DNA of 64,000 nucleotides, taken from NCBI GenBank assembly GCA_947169745.1, contig CAMVQZ010000002.1:2208-66207 (forward strand), given 5' to 3'. This DNA comes from an uncultured Clostridia bacterium. GTDB lineage: Bacteria; Bacillota; Clostridia; Oscillospirales; Acutalibacteraceae. Below, piece after piece: positions 46,213-55,588 of the stretch. A program made the translations under genes and the position numbers. Within the stretch, counting starts at the first letter, position 1, and each line of letters opens with the position of its first letter. The notes under the pieces were generated by a model. The model was given only the letters and a program-made list of their open reading frames with translations, did not search any database and was not told the origin of the DNA.

Positions 46213-47841
46213 TTACTCATCTGTGTAATAATCATCCGTCTGGTCATCGCCGCCGGTATAATCTCCGCCGTCATCGTATCCTGTACCATCATCTCCGGTA
46301 TTATCAGTGTAGTCACCGCCGGTATCACCTGTTCCGTCGTCGGTATAGTCCTCGCCGGTATCATTTGTTCCGTCGTCAGTATAGTAATCACCGGTATCAT
46401 CTGTTCCGTCGTCGGTATAGTCCTCGCCGGTATCATTTGTTCCGTCGTCTGTATAATCGTCACCGGTATCTCCTGTCCCCTCATCGGTATAGTCGCCGCC
46501 GGTATTATCCTCCGGGATATATTCGGGTTCAGCAGCTTCAACGGTATCCTGAGACTCCTCGGTGGTTTCCTGATTCTGTTCATCGGAGCTTTCCTGAGAG
46601 GAGCTTTCTGTCTTTGAGGCTTCCTGTTTTTTGTCAGAGCTTTCCGCAGGCTTCTTCTGGCTTTCCTGAGGTACAGAGGATTCATCTCCCAGCCTGAGAT
46701 ATGATTTTCCTCCGTCTGCGCTTGCAAGGGATACATCAAGAGTTCCCTTATCAGTATCCTTGACATTCTTTTTCAGGATATTTGCCGCCGTGCGGAGTTT
46801 GTAATCCACATTTTCAAAGTTTCCGATAACGACCTTGAAGCCGTTACTTTTCACAAGGGTTATATATGAGGTATTACTGATATCCACAGTCCTGACATCA
46901 CCGATATTATATTTTGAAAGAGCATTAAGTATCTTATCGAGGTACTTTTTCAGGTTTTCATCACTGTATTTCACATTTGAGGACAACCGGATATCAGAAA
47001 GCTTTGCACCCAGGACAGTGGGAACATCATATTTTTTTCTGTCTGCTATCTCGATTATCTTTCCCGATTTACTCAAAACTATATATTTTCCATCACTCTC
47101 TACAATAGACGCCGGATCTGCCTCTTTTACAGTTATCACTATTTTATTGAAAAGCTTCTTATCGATCCTTACATCCTCAATATAGGAGTAATCATTTTTA
47201 ATTTTTTCTATCCCGTTTGAGGTATTGCACAGCAGGAGATTATCTCCCTTATTAATCAGCGAAGAAGCAATGATGTCGTCTGTATTATATCTTGTTTTTC
47301 CCTCAACAGATATATCGTCTATCTTAAAGAAAGCCGTAAGAGAAAGCACTATACAGATAGCCACCAGAGCCATTATCGTCAAAGCAGCAAGAACAACTCT
47401 TTTCAGCTTCCTCAGATAAGGACTTTTCGGCTGACGCGGCGGTGCAAGAGGCTTCATCTCAGCTGCACTTTCCTCTTCCTCGTTTTTTGTGTTTTTTCTC
47501 AGCATCTGTTCAGCTGCTCTGTCCCTTTCATCCTGCTTCATCGGACGCTTTCTGGGTTCTTTATTGATCTTCAGCTTACTTCTTGTTTTTTCCTCCGGGG
47601 GGATTTGATTGTTCTTTTTCTTTCCTTTTTTGGAAGGCTGTGGGGTATTTTCAGGAGCTTTCTGGGACGGCACAGGCTTTCTGACCTTTTTTGCGCCTTC
47701 AACATTTGTCATACTGCGCTTCTTCATTTTTTCCACAGGCTTTTCATTTTTGTTATTTACATTTGTCTTTCCTGCAGCAGGCTTTTTTCTCTGAGACGGA
47801 TCTCTTTTAACAGGTCCCCCAGGTCCCGGTTTTTTACTCAT
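46213..47841 (-). CDS. ftsQ: FtsQ/DivIB-type division protein (TM + POTRA) with long low-complexity N- and C-terminal regions
   Basis: Basic N-terminal region, then a TM segment (VVLAALTIMALVAICIVLSLTAFF), then a POTRA-like segment (IDDISVEGKTRYNTDDI). The acidic C-terminal tail has 13-aa repeats. The gene lies between murG and ftsZ. Confidence 0.75.
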   Translation of the reverse strand: MSKKPGPGGPVKRDPSQRKKPAAGKTNVNNKNEKPVEKMKKRSMTNVEGAKKVRKPVPSQKAPENTPQPSKKGKKKNNQIPPEEKTRSKLKINKEPRKRPMKQDERDRAAEQMLRKNTKNEEEESAAEMKPLAPPRQPKSPYLRKLKRVVLAALTIMALVAICIVLSLTAFFKIDDISVEGKTRYNTDDIIASSLINKGDNLLLCNTSNGIEKIKNDYSYIEDVRIDKKLFNKIVITVKEADPASIVESDGKYIVLSKSGKIIEIADRKKYDVPTVLGAKLSDIRLSSNVKYSDENLKKYLDKILNALSKYNIGDVRTVDISNTSYITLVKSNGFKVVIGNFENVDYKLRTAANILKKNVKDTDKGTLDVSLASADGGKSYLRLGDESSVPQESQKKPAESSDKKQEASKTESSSQESSDEQNQETTEESQDTVEAAEPEYIPEDNTGGDYTDEGTGDTGDDYTDDGTNDTGEDYTDDGTDDTGDYYTDDGTNDTGEDYTDDGTGDTGGDYTDNTGDDGTGYDDGGDYTGGDDQTDDYYTDE

Positions 47842-47875
47842 CTTCTCCCCTCCCTTTCCTTGAATTTTTTATTTC

Positions 47876-49003
47876 TTATTTCTTTTTAGTCGAAATTACT
47901 TCTATAATAACTGAATATATCCGCTTTGCAGCGTCATCCACTGCCATCGACTTCGCATTTTCAGAATACTCTCTGAGTCTTTCCGGATCTCCGGCAAGCT
48001 TATCTATCTCCTCGGTAAGCTTTTCCGGGGTGAGATCCTTTTCTTCGATCATCACGGCAGCATCCTTTTCTACCAGAGACATAGCATTGTGGAACTGATG
48101 ATTTTCAGCAACATTCGGTGATGGAATCAGTATCGAAGGCTTACCCTTTACCTGGATCTCGCTTATCGTTATTGCGCCTGCCCTTGCTATTACCAGATCT
48201 GCTGCCGCAAGACAGGTAGGCATATTATTAATATATTCCCTTATATCCAGGTTTTTTGCTTCCTGAAGATCTGCTCCCTTCTCCCTGAGAAGATCCGGGA
48301 ACCATTTTCCATACTGTCCGTATGCATGGATATGCTGATATTTACCATCCTTTGCACTTCTTGAAATTATATCTGCGAGAGATTCATTGATTATCCTTGC
48401 TCCCAGACTTCCACCGAAGGACAGAATCACCGGTCTTTCATCCAGTCCAAGTTCCTTTCTTGATTCCTCCCTGTCTGCTGTGAGGATGGCTCCTCTGACA
48501 GGATTTCCTGTTTCTGCAAACCTGCACTTGCTGTTAAAATGCTTTTTTGCTGCAGGCATTGCCAGCATTACGCGATCTGCATTTTTGGCAAGCATTTTAT
48601 TGGTCACACCGGGAAAAGCATTCTGCTCATGAATAACAGTAGGAACTCCCAGCTTTGCCGCTGCCCTTAGAACAGGGCCGCTCACATATCCTCCTGTACC
48701 GACACAGATATCAGGCTGAAATTCCTGGATTATTTTTCTCGATGCCTTTCCTGCGCTTATTGCTTTTTTTACTGTGACTATATTTTCTTTTATAGCCTTG
48801 GGAGTTGCCTTTCTGCGGAAGCCCTGTACACTGATCCCCTTGAATTCAAATCCAGCCTGGGGAACAAGTCTCTCCTCCATGCCTCCTGTACAGCCTACAT
48901 AAAGTATTTCTGCGTCCGGCTGACGCTCTCTTACATAGCCGGCGATTGCAAGTGCCGGATTGATATGACCAGCGGTTCCTCCGCCTGCGAATAATATCTT
49001 CAT
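47876..49003 (-). CDS. murG: UDP-N-acetylglucosamine--N-acetylmuramyl-(pentapeptide) pyrophosphoryl-undecaprenol GlcNAc transferase
   Basis: MKILFAGGGTAGHINPALA N-terminus and GT28 C-terminal motifs. Start ATG 49003 follows a GGGGGA RBS. Confidence 0.95.
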   Translation of the reverse strand: MKILFAGGGTAGHINPALAIAGYVRERQPDAEILYVGCTGGMEERLVPQAGFEFKGISVQGFRRKATPKAIKENIVTVKKAISAGKASRKIIQEFQPDICVGTGGYVSGPVLRAAAKLGVPTVIHEQNAFPGVTNKMLAKNADRVMLAMPAAKKHFNSKCRFAETGNPVRGAILTADREESRKELGLDERPVILSFGGSLGARIINESLADIISRSAKDGKYQHIHAYGQYGKWFPDLLREKGADLQEAKNLDIREYINNMPTCLAAADLVIARAGAITISEIQVKGKPSILIPSPNVAENHQFHNAMSLVEKDAAVMIEEKDLTPEKLTEEIDKLAGDPERLREYSENAKSMAVDDAAKRIYSVIIEVISTKKK

Positions 49004-49079
49004 AAACATCCCCCTCAGTAATAACAGCACAGCCTGCCCTCGAGCTTATCCCGGAGCGCAGGCTGTATTAATCGTTTTC

Positions 49080-50321
49080 CTATGCCTTCTCGAGATTAGC
49101 TGATCTCGAAATCGACAATACTATGCCCATCTGTGCCAGCAGCACCATCAGAGAGGTTCCTCCGTAACTGAAAAACGGCAGGCTGATACCTGTATTCGGA
49201 AGCCAGTCTGTAATAACAAGTATATTCAGTATAACCTGGATCCCGATCTGAGCGGAAAGCCCGGTTCCCAGCATTGAGCCGAAGGGATCCCTGGCTCTCA
49301 TGGATATCGTTATGCCTCTCCATACAAGAAGAGCAAAAACCATCAGTATAACAATTGCACCCACAAGACCAAGTTCCTCACACACCACCGCAAAAACAAA
49401 GTCGTTCTGTGCTTCTGGTATATACATGAATTTCTGTCTTGACTGTCCGAGTCCAAGTCCCCAGACTCCGCCTGAGCCTATGGCATAAAGGGAATTTCTG
49501 GTCTGATATGTCTGCTGCCAGAGGTCCTCATCTGTGTAAACCAGAGCCTGACCCCATCCGTCAAGTCTCTGCATAGCGTAGCCAAGCTTGTTTGTAGCCA
49601 CAAGAAACAGCAGTCCCGTCACGACCAGAATCCCGGCTATAGCAAAATACCGTTTTCTTACTCCGCCTATGAACATCATAACGGCAGCAAGAAGTATCAT
49701 AATTACAACGCCGGAATAATGGGGCTCTCTGATGAGAAGAAGAACATATATTCCCAGCATTATCACACAGGGAAGCACTCCTGTCTTGAAGGTATGCATT
49801 TCCCGGAAATGCTTCGACGACCAGTCGGCGATCATCAGTATCAACGCAAATTTTGCTATCTCCGAGGGCTGAAAGCTGAGTTCTCCCAGTTTTATCCAGC
49901 GCTTGGGATCTCCGGGCATAAACAACACAACAACAAGCATTACCAGACCTATGATATATATAAATGGCGCCAGGTAATGGAAGTGGTGATAATCAAAATA
50001 AGATATAGCTATCATTGCCACAAGACCTACAAGGGCAAATACAGCTTGTTTATAAAGGTAATTCTGACTGTCCTTTTCATATCGCAGCGCTGACGGATAG
50101 GATGCGGAATACATCATGATAAGTCCTATTATCACCAGCGCCAGCACGAAAAAGAGAAACGTCAGATCCATTCCGAGACGTATGGAAAATATTTTCAGTC
50201 TGTTTCTGACCTTATTCAGTCTCTTGCCTCCGGATACTTCCTCCAGCTCAGGCTTTTTATTTTCCGACGGTGTCGGTTTGTGAACGGGCAATTTTCTTGC
50301 CGGTGAGGAATTGTTTCCCAA
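49080..50321 (-). CDS. ftsW: SEDS family peptidoglycan polymerase FtsW/SpoVE
   Basis: Ten-TM SEDS pattern with the motifs PSEIAKF, AQNDFVFAV and LPNTGISLPFFSYGGTS. Confidence 0.9.
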   Translation of the reverse strand: MGNNSSPARKLPVHKPTPSENKKPELEEVSGGKRLNKVRNRLKIFSIRLGMDLTFLFFVLALVIIGLIMMYSASYPSALRYEKDSQNYLYKQAVFALVGLVAMIAISYFDYHHFHYLAPFIYIIGLVMLVVVLFMPGDPKRWIKLGELSFQPSEIAKFALILMIADWSSKHFREMHTFKTGVLPCVIMLGIYVLLLIREPHYSGVVIMILLAAVMMFIGGVRKRYFAIAGILVVTGLLFLVATNKLGYAMQRLDGWGQALVYTDEDLWQQTYQTRNSLYAIGSGGVWGLGLGQSRQKFMYIPEAQNDFVFAVVCEELGLVGAIVILMVFALLVWRGITISMRARDPFGSMLGTGLSAQIGIQVILNILVITDWLPNTGISLPFFSYGGTSLMVLLAQMGIVLSISRSANLEKA

Positions 50322-50347
50322 TCTCTACACCCCTTTCAGAAAACGGG

Positions 50348-51361
50348 TCAACCAAACACTACAAGCGAAAGTGCAGCACCGCTGAATACAGCCTCCACAA
50401 TACTGAATACGACCACTATCTTTACTTCACTCCAGCCGCACATCTCGAAATGATGGTGTATCGGGCTCATTTTAAAGAGCCTTTTTCCATGAGTAAGCTT
50501 AAAATATGACACCTGAAGGATAACGGAGAACATCTCCGCAATGTATACAAGTCCGATGAGAACAAGAAGTATTTCCATATCAAGACCAAAGAGAACAGCG
50601 CACAGGTATCCTCCAAGGTACAGAGAGCCTGTATCTCCCATAAAGGTCTTTGCCGGATGGAAATTCCAGAGAAGGAATCCCAGACAGCCTCCGGCAAGTG
50701 CCGCAGACATTACGGAAAGTCCGATGAGATTCATATATCCGGATATCAGTATCAGGAATATAGCTGCAAAAAATGTCACAGAACCGTCCAGTCCGTCAAT
50801 TCCGTCCGTAAGGTTCACGGCATTTACAATGCCTACTATTACTATCGCAGAAATCGGGTAATAGAAAAGACCGATATCCACCATCCCTGCAAACGGGATA
50901 AATGTCTTGGTATTATCTCCGAAAAAGTACATCGCGCCAAGATATGCGATAGCAACAAAAAACTGCAGGAGAAGCTTCTGCTTCGGAGTAAGTCCTAAAT
51001 TCCGTTTCTTTGCGACCTTGACATAGTCATCCAGAAAACCGATAGCTCCATACGCAGCAGCCATTATGATTCCGCCATAGATCTTTGCGCTCATAAGCCT
51101 TGTCTCAGCCGGCGCAACGTCAGTAGAAGCAGTCAGATGATATAAGATCACACACACCAGAGTGGTAATTACACTGGCTGCTATGAACATAAATCCTCCC
51201 ATTGTAGGAGTCCCCTGTTTTCCCTTATGCCATTTAGGTCCTATCTCAAGAATGGTCTGACCAAAATGAAGCTTTCTGAGAAATGGTACAAGCCATATTC
51301 CCATTATCGCAGATATCGCAAAGGAAGATGCTGCTGCAATTATCGTCCAAATACCAGACAT
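50348..51361 (-). CDS. mraY: Phospho-N-acetylmuramoyl-pentapeptide transferase
   Basis: Motifs K.GTPTMGG, NAVNLTDGIDGL, GDTGSL and PIHHHFE. Start ATG 51361 follows an AAAGGTGG RBS. Confidence 0.95.
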   Translation of the reverse strand: MSGIWTIIAAASSFAISAIMGIWLVPFLRKLHFGQTILEIGPKWHKGKQGTPTMGGFMFIAASVITTLVCVILYHLTASTDVAPAETRLMSAKIYGGIIMAAAYGAIGFLDDYVKVAKKRNLGLTPKQKLLLQFFVAIAYLGAMYFFGDNTKTFIPFAGMVDIGLFYYPISAIVIVGIVNAVNLTDGIDGLDGSVTFFAAIFLILISGYMNLIGLSVMSAALAGGCLGFLLWNFHPAKTFMGDTGSLYLGGYLCAVLFGLDMEILLVLIGLVYIAEMFSVILQVSYFKLTHGKRLFKMSPIHHHFEMCGWSEVKIVVVFSIVEAVFSGAALSLVVFG

Positions 51362-51445
51362 CAATTTTCCACCTTTCAAAAACCGTTGTTTTTTTATTTC
51401 AGCAATAAGCCTATTATACCAGATTTTTCGAAAACTTCAACCCCA

Positions 51446-51660
51446 CCGGCAGCGTGACGCTGCACCCATGTTCGCGTTATTGCTCGCTTGCTCTCGCTCT
51501 GTCGTGTGTATATAAACTACCGTGCCGCGGCATCCGGCGCATACGGCCTCAGACAATACTCCAACCCTCCTCCGCCGCAGCCCTCACAGGCTGCTTCTTG
51601 CGGCTGGTTCGTTATAACTTCAGGTATTACACTCCATCGACACTGAGCGCCTGCTTTTGT
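51446..51660. repeat. Mosaic intergenic repeat, family 1, copy C (inside the dcw cluster)
   Basis: Collinear with copy B: GGCAGCGTGACGCTGCACCC, TTCGCGTTATTGCTCGCTTGCTCTCGCTCTGTCGTG, CGTGCCGCGGCATCCGGCGC, CAGGCTGCTTCTTGCGGCTGGTT and TGAGCGCCTGC. Confidence 0.85.
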
Positions 51661-51785
51661 GTAACATACTAATTGAAATCCGTAAGAACTATGTTTCCGC
51701 AAAAATTTACTATAAACAGGAGCGACAACCATAATTTTTCCATTTTCAATTGTCCATTTAATAAGACGCTGTAAAAATCATTTAT

Positions 51786-52334
51786 TTACTTTTCCTCATA
51801 ATCAAAGAAGCTGAGAACAGACGCCATAGGCATACCGATTGCAAGAAGAACGCCGGTACAGGCGAGCACCTCTTCCACACTGTACTTGCCGTCGATTATA
51901 TTGACCCTGCTGAGAATACCATTTCCGATTATCTCAAAGGATGCGGTGCCGTTATCCTCGCTGACATTTCTGCAGGCAACATCTGCGCCGTAATTATCCG
52001 CAGAAAATGTGATCACTCCTGAGAAATCATCTCCGTATAATCTCATCGCATTTTCATAGGATGTTACCTTCTCCCTGAACTGCATCATTCTGTCCTCGTC
52101 TATCTCACAGTCACCATCAAACAGAATAGTATCAGCGATGACATTTTCGGGGCAATTTTCATCATAATCCCGGTTTTCTATAACAAAATCAGTATTCTGT
52201 GAAAAATCGTCTATGCAGGTGTTGTATGAACAGAAATTCAATATATCCGATATGATCTCCGCTATCCTTTTGCTGTTTTTACAGGCTATAAGAATAGCTC
52301 TCGGATTCTGAACTGTTTTGATCCTGTTTGTCAT
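51786..52334 (-). CDS. Degenerate Mur-ligase central-domain-like protein (no P-loop, no C-terminal domain)
   Basis: VITFSADNYGADVACRNVSEDNGTASFEII...VNIIDGKYSVEEVLACTGVLLAIGMP aligns by eye with MurE/MurF (VITYG...DV.A..I....G..F.L......V...L.GKFSVYNVLAAAAAGLV.GVP). The position of the GTNGKT P-loop reads ACKNSKR. The gene occupies the murE/murF slot of the dcw cluster. Confidence 0.5.
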   Translation of the reverse strand: MTNRIKTVQNPRAILIACKNSKRIAEIISDILNFCSYNTCIDDFSQNTDFVIENRDYDENCPENVIADTILFDGDCEIDEDRMMQFREKVTSYENAMRLYGDDFSGVITFSADNYGADVACRNVSEDNGTASFEIIGNGILSRVNIIDGKYSVEEVLACTGVLLAIGMPMASVLSFFDYEEK

Positions 52335-52365
52335 TTTCGGTACCTCCTGTGGCGGCTGATATCCG

Positions 52366-54633
52366 CTACATTATTCTGTTATCCTGGTTAAACACAACTG
52401 TTACCACGGTATATGGTTCTACTTCCTTATTAGGCTCGATATCCTGGGATTTTGCATATGAGCCTGCATTTTCAGCAGACGAGCCCATAATGCAGAGATT
52501 CAGGTTATTCGACGCTGCGAGATAATTAACATCGCTGAGGCTGCAGCCCTTGAAATCAGGAACCACAACTCTCCGTTTTTTACTTTCCTCATCAGTATAC
52601 AGTACAACTGTTCCATCCTTCGGGATCGTATTATAGGGTGCAGGATTCTGACCTATGATCTTATCACCGCTGCCCACTACTTCAGCCTTAAGTCCCTCTT
52701 TTTCAAGCTTTTTCTTTGCCTGATCTATAGTCATTCCGTCATAATTGGTAGTAGTAGTATTGAGCTGTGTCATTTCATCGTCAGAATATACCCTTTCAAT
52801 TCCCAGATAGGGCAATACCTCTGTCATTATATTTCTGAAGCACGGTCCTGCAACGCTGGAACCATAGTAATTGATCTCCGGGTCAGGTGTATCGAAATAG
52901 CAGAGAAGTGCGACCTCAGGATCATCACAGGGAGCTATTCCGCAGAAGGAAGCAATATAGTCCTCTGTATCCTGTCCGGATTCATCTACTATTTTCTGAG
53001 ATGTACCTGTTTTTCCGCCTATTCTGTATCCTGCCACATAACCGTTAGTAGCACAGCCGGATACAGCATTTTCCTCCAGCATACTGCACACCTTTTCAGC
53101 CACGGATTCACTTATGACCTGACGCTTTACTGTAGGCTCTGTCTTTCTCACAACATTACCGTCGCTGTCCACAACCTGGGAAACCACATAGGGCTGCATC
53201 AGTTTTCCCTTATTTGCAATGGCTGCACAGGCTGTAACCATCTGTATAGGAGTGATCTTGAAGTTCTGACCGAAGGATGCAACCGCAAGGTCAGTCAGGT
53301 CCATACCGCAGACCTGATCGCTTTTTGAGAAGAACACATCGTCTGCTTCGCCCGGGAGGTCTATTCCTGTTTTCTCCGAGAAGCCAAAGCCCACATAATA
53401 CTCATAGAATTTTTCTCTTCCCAGCATAAAGCCTATCTGCATGAATGCCGGGTTACAGGAATTACAAAGTGCCTGGAGAAGATTCTGGTTACCGTGACCT
53501 GCGGTATCCCAACAGGTTATGGGACCTGAGCCCTGGAACGGGACATAGGAGCCCTCGCAGGTAAATACCGTATTATCATCCACAAGTCCTTCCGAAAGCA
53601 CAGCCGACGCTGTGACCATTTTAAATACAGAACCGGGGATATAGGTATCAGAAACACCCTTGTTTCTCCACTGGGCAGTCAGCGCCTTCTGTTCTGCGTC
53701 CGGTCTTTTATCCTCCGGAAGAGCCTCTATCTCCTTTTCCACGTTTTTATCAGAAATTTCAAAGGGTTCATTGGGGTTAAAGGCTTCTTCGCAGGCAAAA
53801 CCGAGAATTGCGCCCGTCTTTACATTCATCATAATAGCGCAGCCTCTGTTGGCAACATTGAATTCCTTTATTGTCTCCCTGACATATTTTTCCATTATGC
53901 TCTGGACGTTTTCATCTATAGTGAGAACGATATTTGAACCGTCGGAGGCCTCTATCCTGTTTTCATACTGATTCGGAAGAGGGTTATTGTGCGCGTCCTG
54001 AGCCTCGACTATCCTGCCGGCGCTTCCTGTCAGCTCCTCGTCATACTCATACTCTATTCCTTCAAGACCCTGACCGTCTGCGCCTACAAAGCCCAGTATC
54101 GCTCCGGCAAAATTATCGTGGGTATAGAATCTTTTATAATTCTCGATTGTATCTATTACGCCGCTGATCTTGTTTTCTTTATATATCTTGTTTTCAAATG
54201 CAAGTATCTTATCCTTTACCTCTGTTTCCACCTTTTTCTTCAGGATAACATAAAAGGAATTTTCGTGGGTCTTTTTGAATACCTCTTCCTTGTCCAGCCC
54301 CAGGATCTCAGCGAGACCGTTCGCAACGATCCTCCGGCCGTTCTCATCATCATCCTTGAAATTGGCAGGAGCCAGCACAATATCCCACACTGTGATGCTC
54401 TGAGCAAGGATATTTCCCCCGGCATCGTAGATGCTTCCTCTTTTTGCAGATACTGTTTTATCTCTCAGCTGCTGCTCAACAGCTCTCTGCTGCAGCTCTT
54501 CGGCCTTGTATACCTGCAGATAAAAAAGTCTTGCAACAACGGTACCGAAGCCCAGTATTATGATTATCAGCATCGTGATCACAGATCTGCGCCATAATCT
54601 GGCCGCTGCTCCTTTTTTTGCCATTTTCTTCAT
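52366..54633 (-). CDS. Class B penicillin-binding protein with two C-terminal PASTA domains (FtsI/SpoVD type)
   Basis: TM anchor, SxxK (GSVFKM), SxN (SCN) and KTG (GGKTGTSQ). Two PASTA-like units (DGMTIDQAKKKLEKEGLKAEVVG; VPDFKGCSLSDVNYLAASNNLN). It follows ftsL in the dcw cluster. Confidence 0.9.
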   Translation of the reverse strand: MKKMAKKGAAARLWRRSVITMLIIIILGFGTVVARLFYLQVYKAEELQQRAVEQQLRDKTVSAKRGSIYDAGGNILAQSITVWDIVLAPANFKDDDENGRRIVANGLAEILGLDKEEVFKKTHENSFYVILKKKVETEVKDKILAFENKIYKENKISGVIDTIENYKRFYTHDNFAGAILGFVGADGQGLEGIEYEYDEELTGSAGRIVEAQDAHNNPLPNQYENRIEASDGSNIVLTIDENVQSIMEKYVRETIKEFNVANRGCAIMMNVKTGAILGFACEEAFNPNEPFEISDKNVEKEIEALPEDKRPDAEQKALTAQWRNKGVSDTYIPGSVFKMVTASAVLSEGLVDDNTVFTCEGSYVPFQGSGPITCWDTAGHGNQNLLQALCNSCNPAFMQIGFMLGREKFYEYYVGFGFSEKTGIDLPGEADDVFFSKSDQVCGMDLTDLAVASFGQNFKITPIQMVTACAAIANKGKLMQPYVVSQVVDSDGNVVRKTEPTVKRQVISESVAEKVCSMLEENAVSGCATNGYVAGYRIGGKTGTSQKIVDESGQDTEDYIASFCGIAPCDDPEVALLCYFDTPDPEINYYGSSVAGPCFRNIMTEVLPYLGIERVYSDDEMTQLNTTTTNYDGMTIDQAKKKLEKEGLKAEVVGSGDKIIGQNPAPYNTIPKDGTVVLYTDEESKKRRVVVPDFKGCSLSDVNYLAASNNLNLCIMGSSAENAGSYAKSQDIEPNKEVEPYTVVTVVFNQDNRIM

Positions 54634-54709
54634 TCCCTTCCCTGGAAATTAATGGATATCCTGTCAGAAAGCATATCCTTATAAAATTCATCCCGGCCGA
54701 ATGCTTATC

Positions 54710-54822
54710 CTAATATTCGATAAGACGCTTTAATCAGATTTCAGAATTGAATTTCGCAGGCCGATAACGAAGTTATGCGGAATTCAACGCCAAAGATATT
54801 AAAGTGTTCTATCGAATATTAG
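54710..54822. repeat. 113-bp imperfect palindrome (long hairpin) between ftsL and the PBP gene
   Basis: The outer arms CTAATATTCGATA (54710-54722) and TATCGAATATTAG (54810-54822) are exact complements. Inner matches are CTTTAAT/ATTAAAG and TTGAATTTCGCA/TGCGGAATTCAA. The apex is ATAAC-GAA-GTTAT (54764-54776). Confidence 0.8.
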
Positions 54823-55030
54823 TATGAATGTCCGGCTCCTCCACAAGTAACCCTGCTGAAAACAGGGGAATATGTCCCTTCAGAATATTGCAGCAAACAT
54901 ATTTATGTAGTACAATACAAGGTGACTAATAACAAGTGAGCCGCCAAAAAGAGCGATCAATACTTCTACTCTTTTGCGCAGCTCACCCTGGTATTATATC
55001 TTATTTAATACTTCCCGATGATATGATACA

Positions 55031-55555
55031 TTACTTGAAGGCCGAACCAAAAGCGCCGAGAATGTACGTGAAAATATTATCGGAGCTGTCCTCGCTGATG
55101 ACCTCGCCTTTATCACCGTCGGAAAGAGAAATAAACTTTTTTTGCGCGTTATTCGCAGAGACCATTCCTAACTTTTGCTCCGCATAATTCATTACAAATT
55201 CATCGGTAAGCTTACTGTCTATTTTCAGCTGATACTGAGCCTGCAGATTATTCAGCTCCGCCAGCTGCTTGTTTTTTAATGTAATGCTGTTGTTTATCTC
55301 GTTGAGCTGTGCGTTAAAATGTACGAGAAGTATCGCAACCGCTGCTGCGATTATAGTAAGGAGCGAGACCGTAAATATAGTCACAGGATTTCTTTTTCTC
55401 CTCTGAGCCTTTGCCGATGAACCCTGGCTGATACTGATGATCTGACCGCTCTTTTTCTTCTTTTTATATTTTTTATCGGCACTTGACATCTGTATCGCTG
55501 CATTATCCTCGAACAGTGAAATGTCGTATGCTACGCCTCTTCTTTCACCTGCCAC
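55031..55555 (-). CDS. ftsL: FtsL-like division protein (bitopic, coiled coil)
   Basis: Basic N-terminal region, a single TM segment (VTIFTVSLLTIIAAAVAILLV), then a leucine-zipper-like coiled coil. It lies between rsmH and the PBP gene. Confidence 0.7.
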   Translation of the reverse strand: MAGERRGVAYDISLFEDNAAIQMSSADKKYKKKKKSGQIISISQGSSAKAQRRKRNPVTIFTVSLLTIIAAAVAILLVHFNAQLNEINNSITLKNKQLAELNNLQAQYQLKIDSKLTDEFVMNYAEQKLGMVSANNAQKKFISLSDGDKGEVISEDSSDNIFTYILGAFGSAFK

Positions 55556-55588
55556 TATTATCTTCCTTCCGTAAACCTATATATAAAG

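Noticed and set aside
46176-46766. Alternative-frame ORFs (173, 140 and 191 aa) over the ftsQ 3' repeat region
   Set aside because: These are artefacts of the 39-bp tandem repeat keeping several frames open. The peptides are monotonous (RRYHLFRR..., IPARTIPTTEQM...). The ftsQ frame is supported by its TM and POTRA context.
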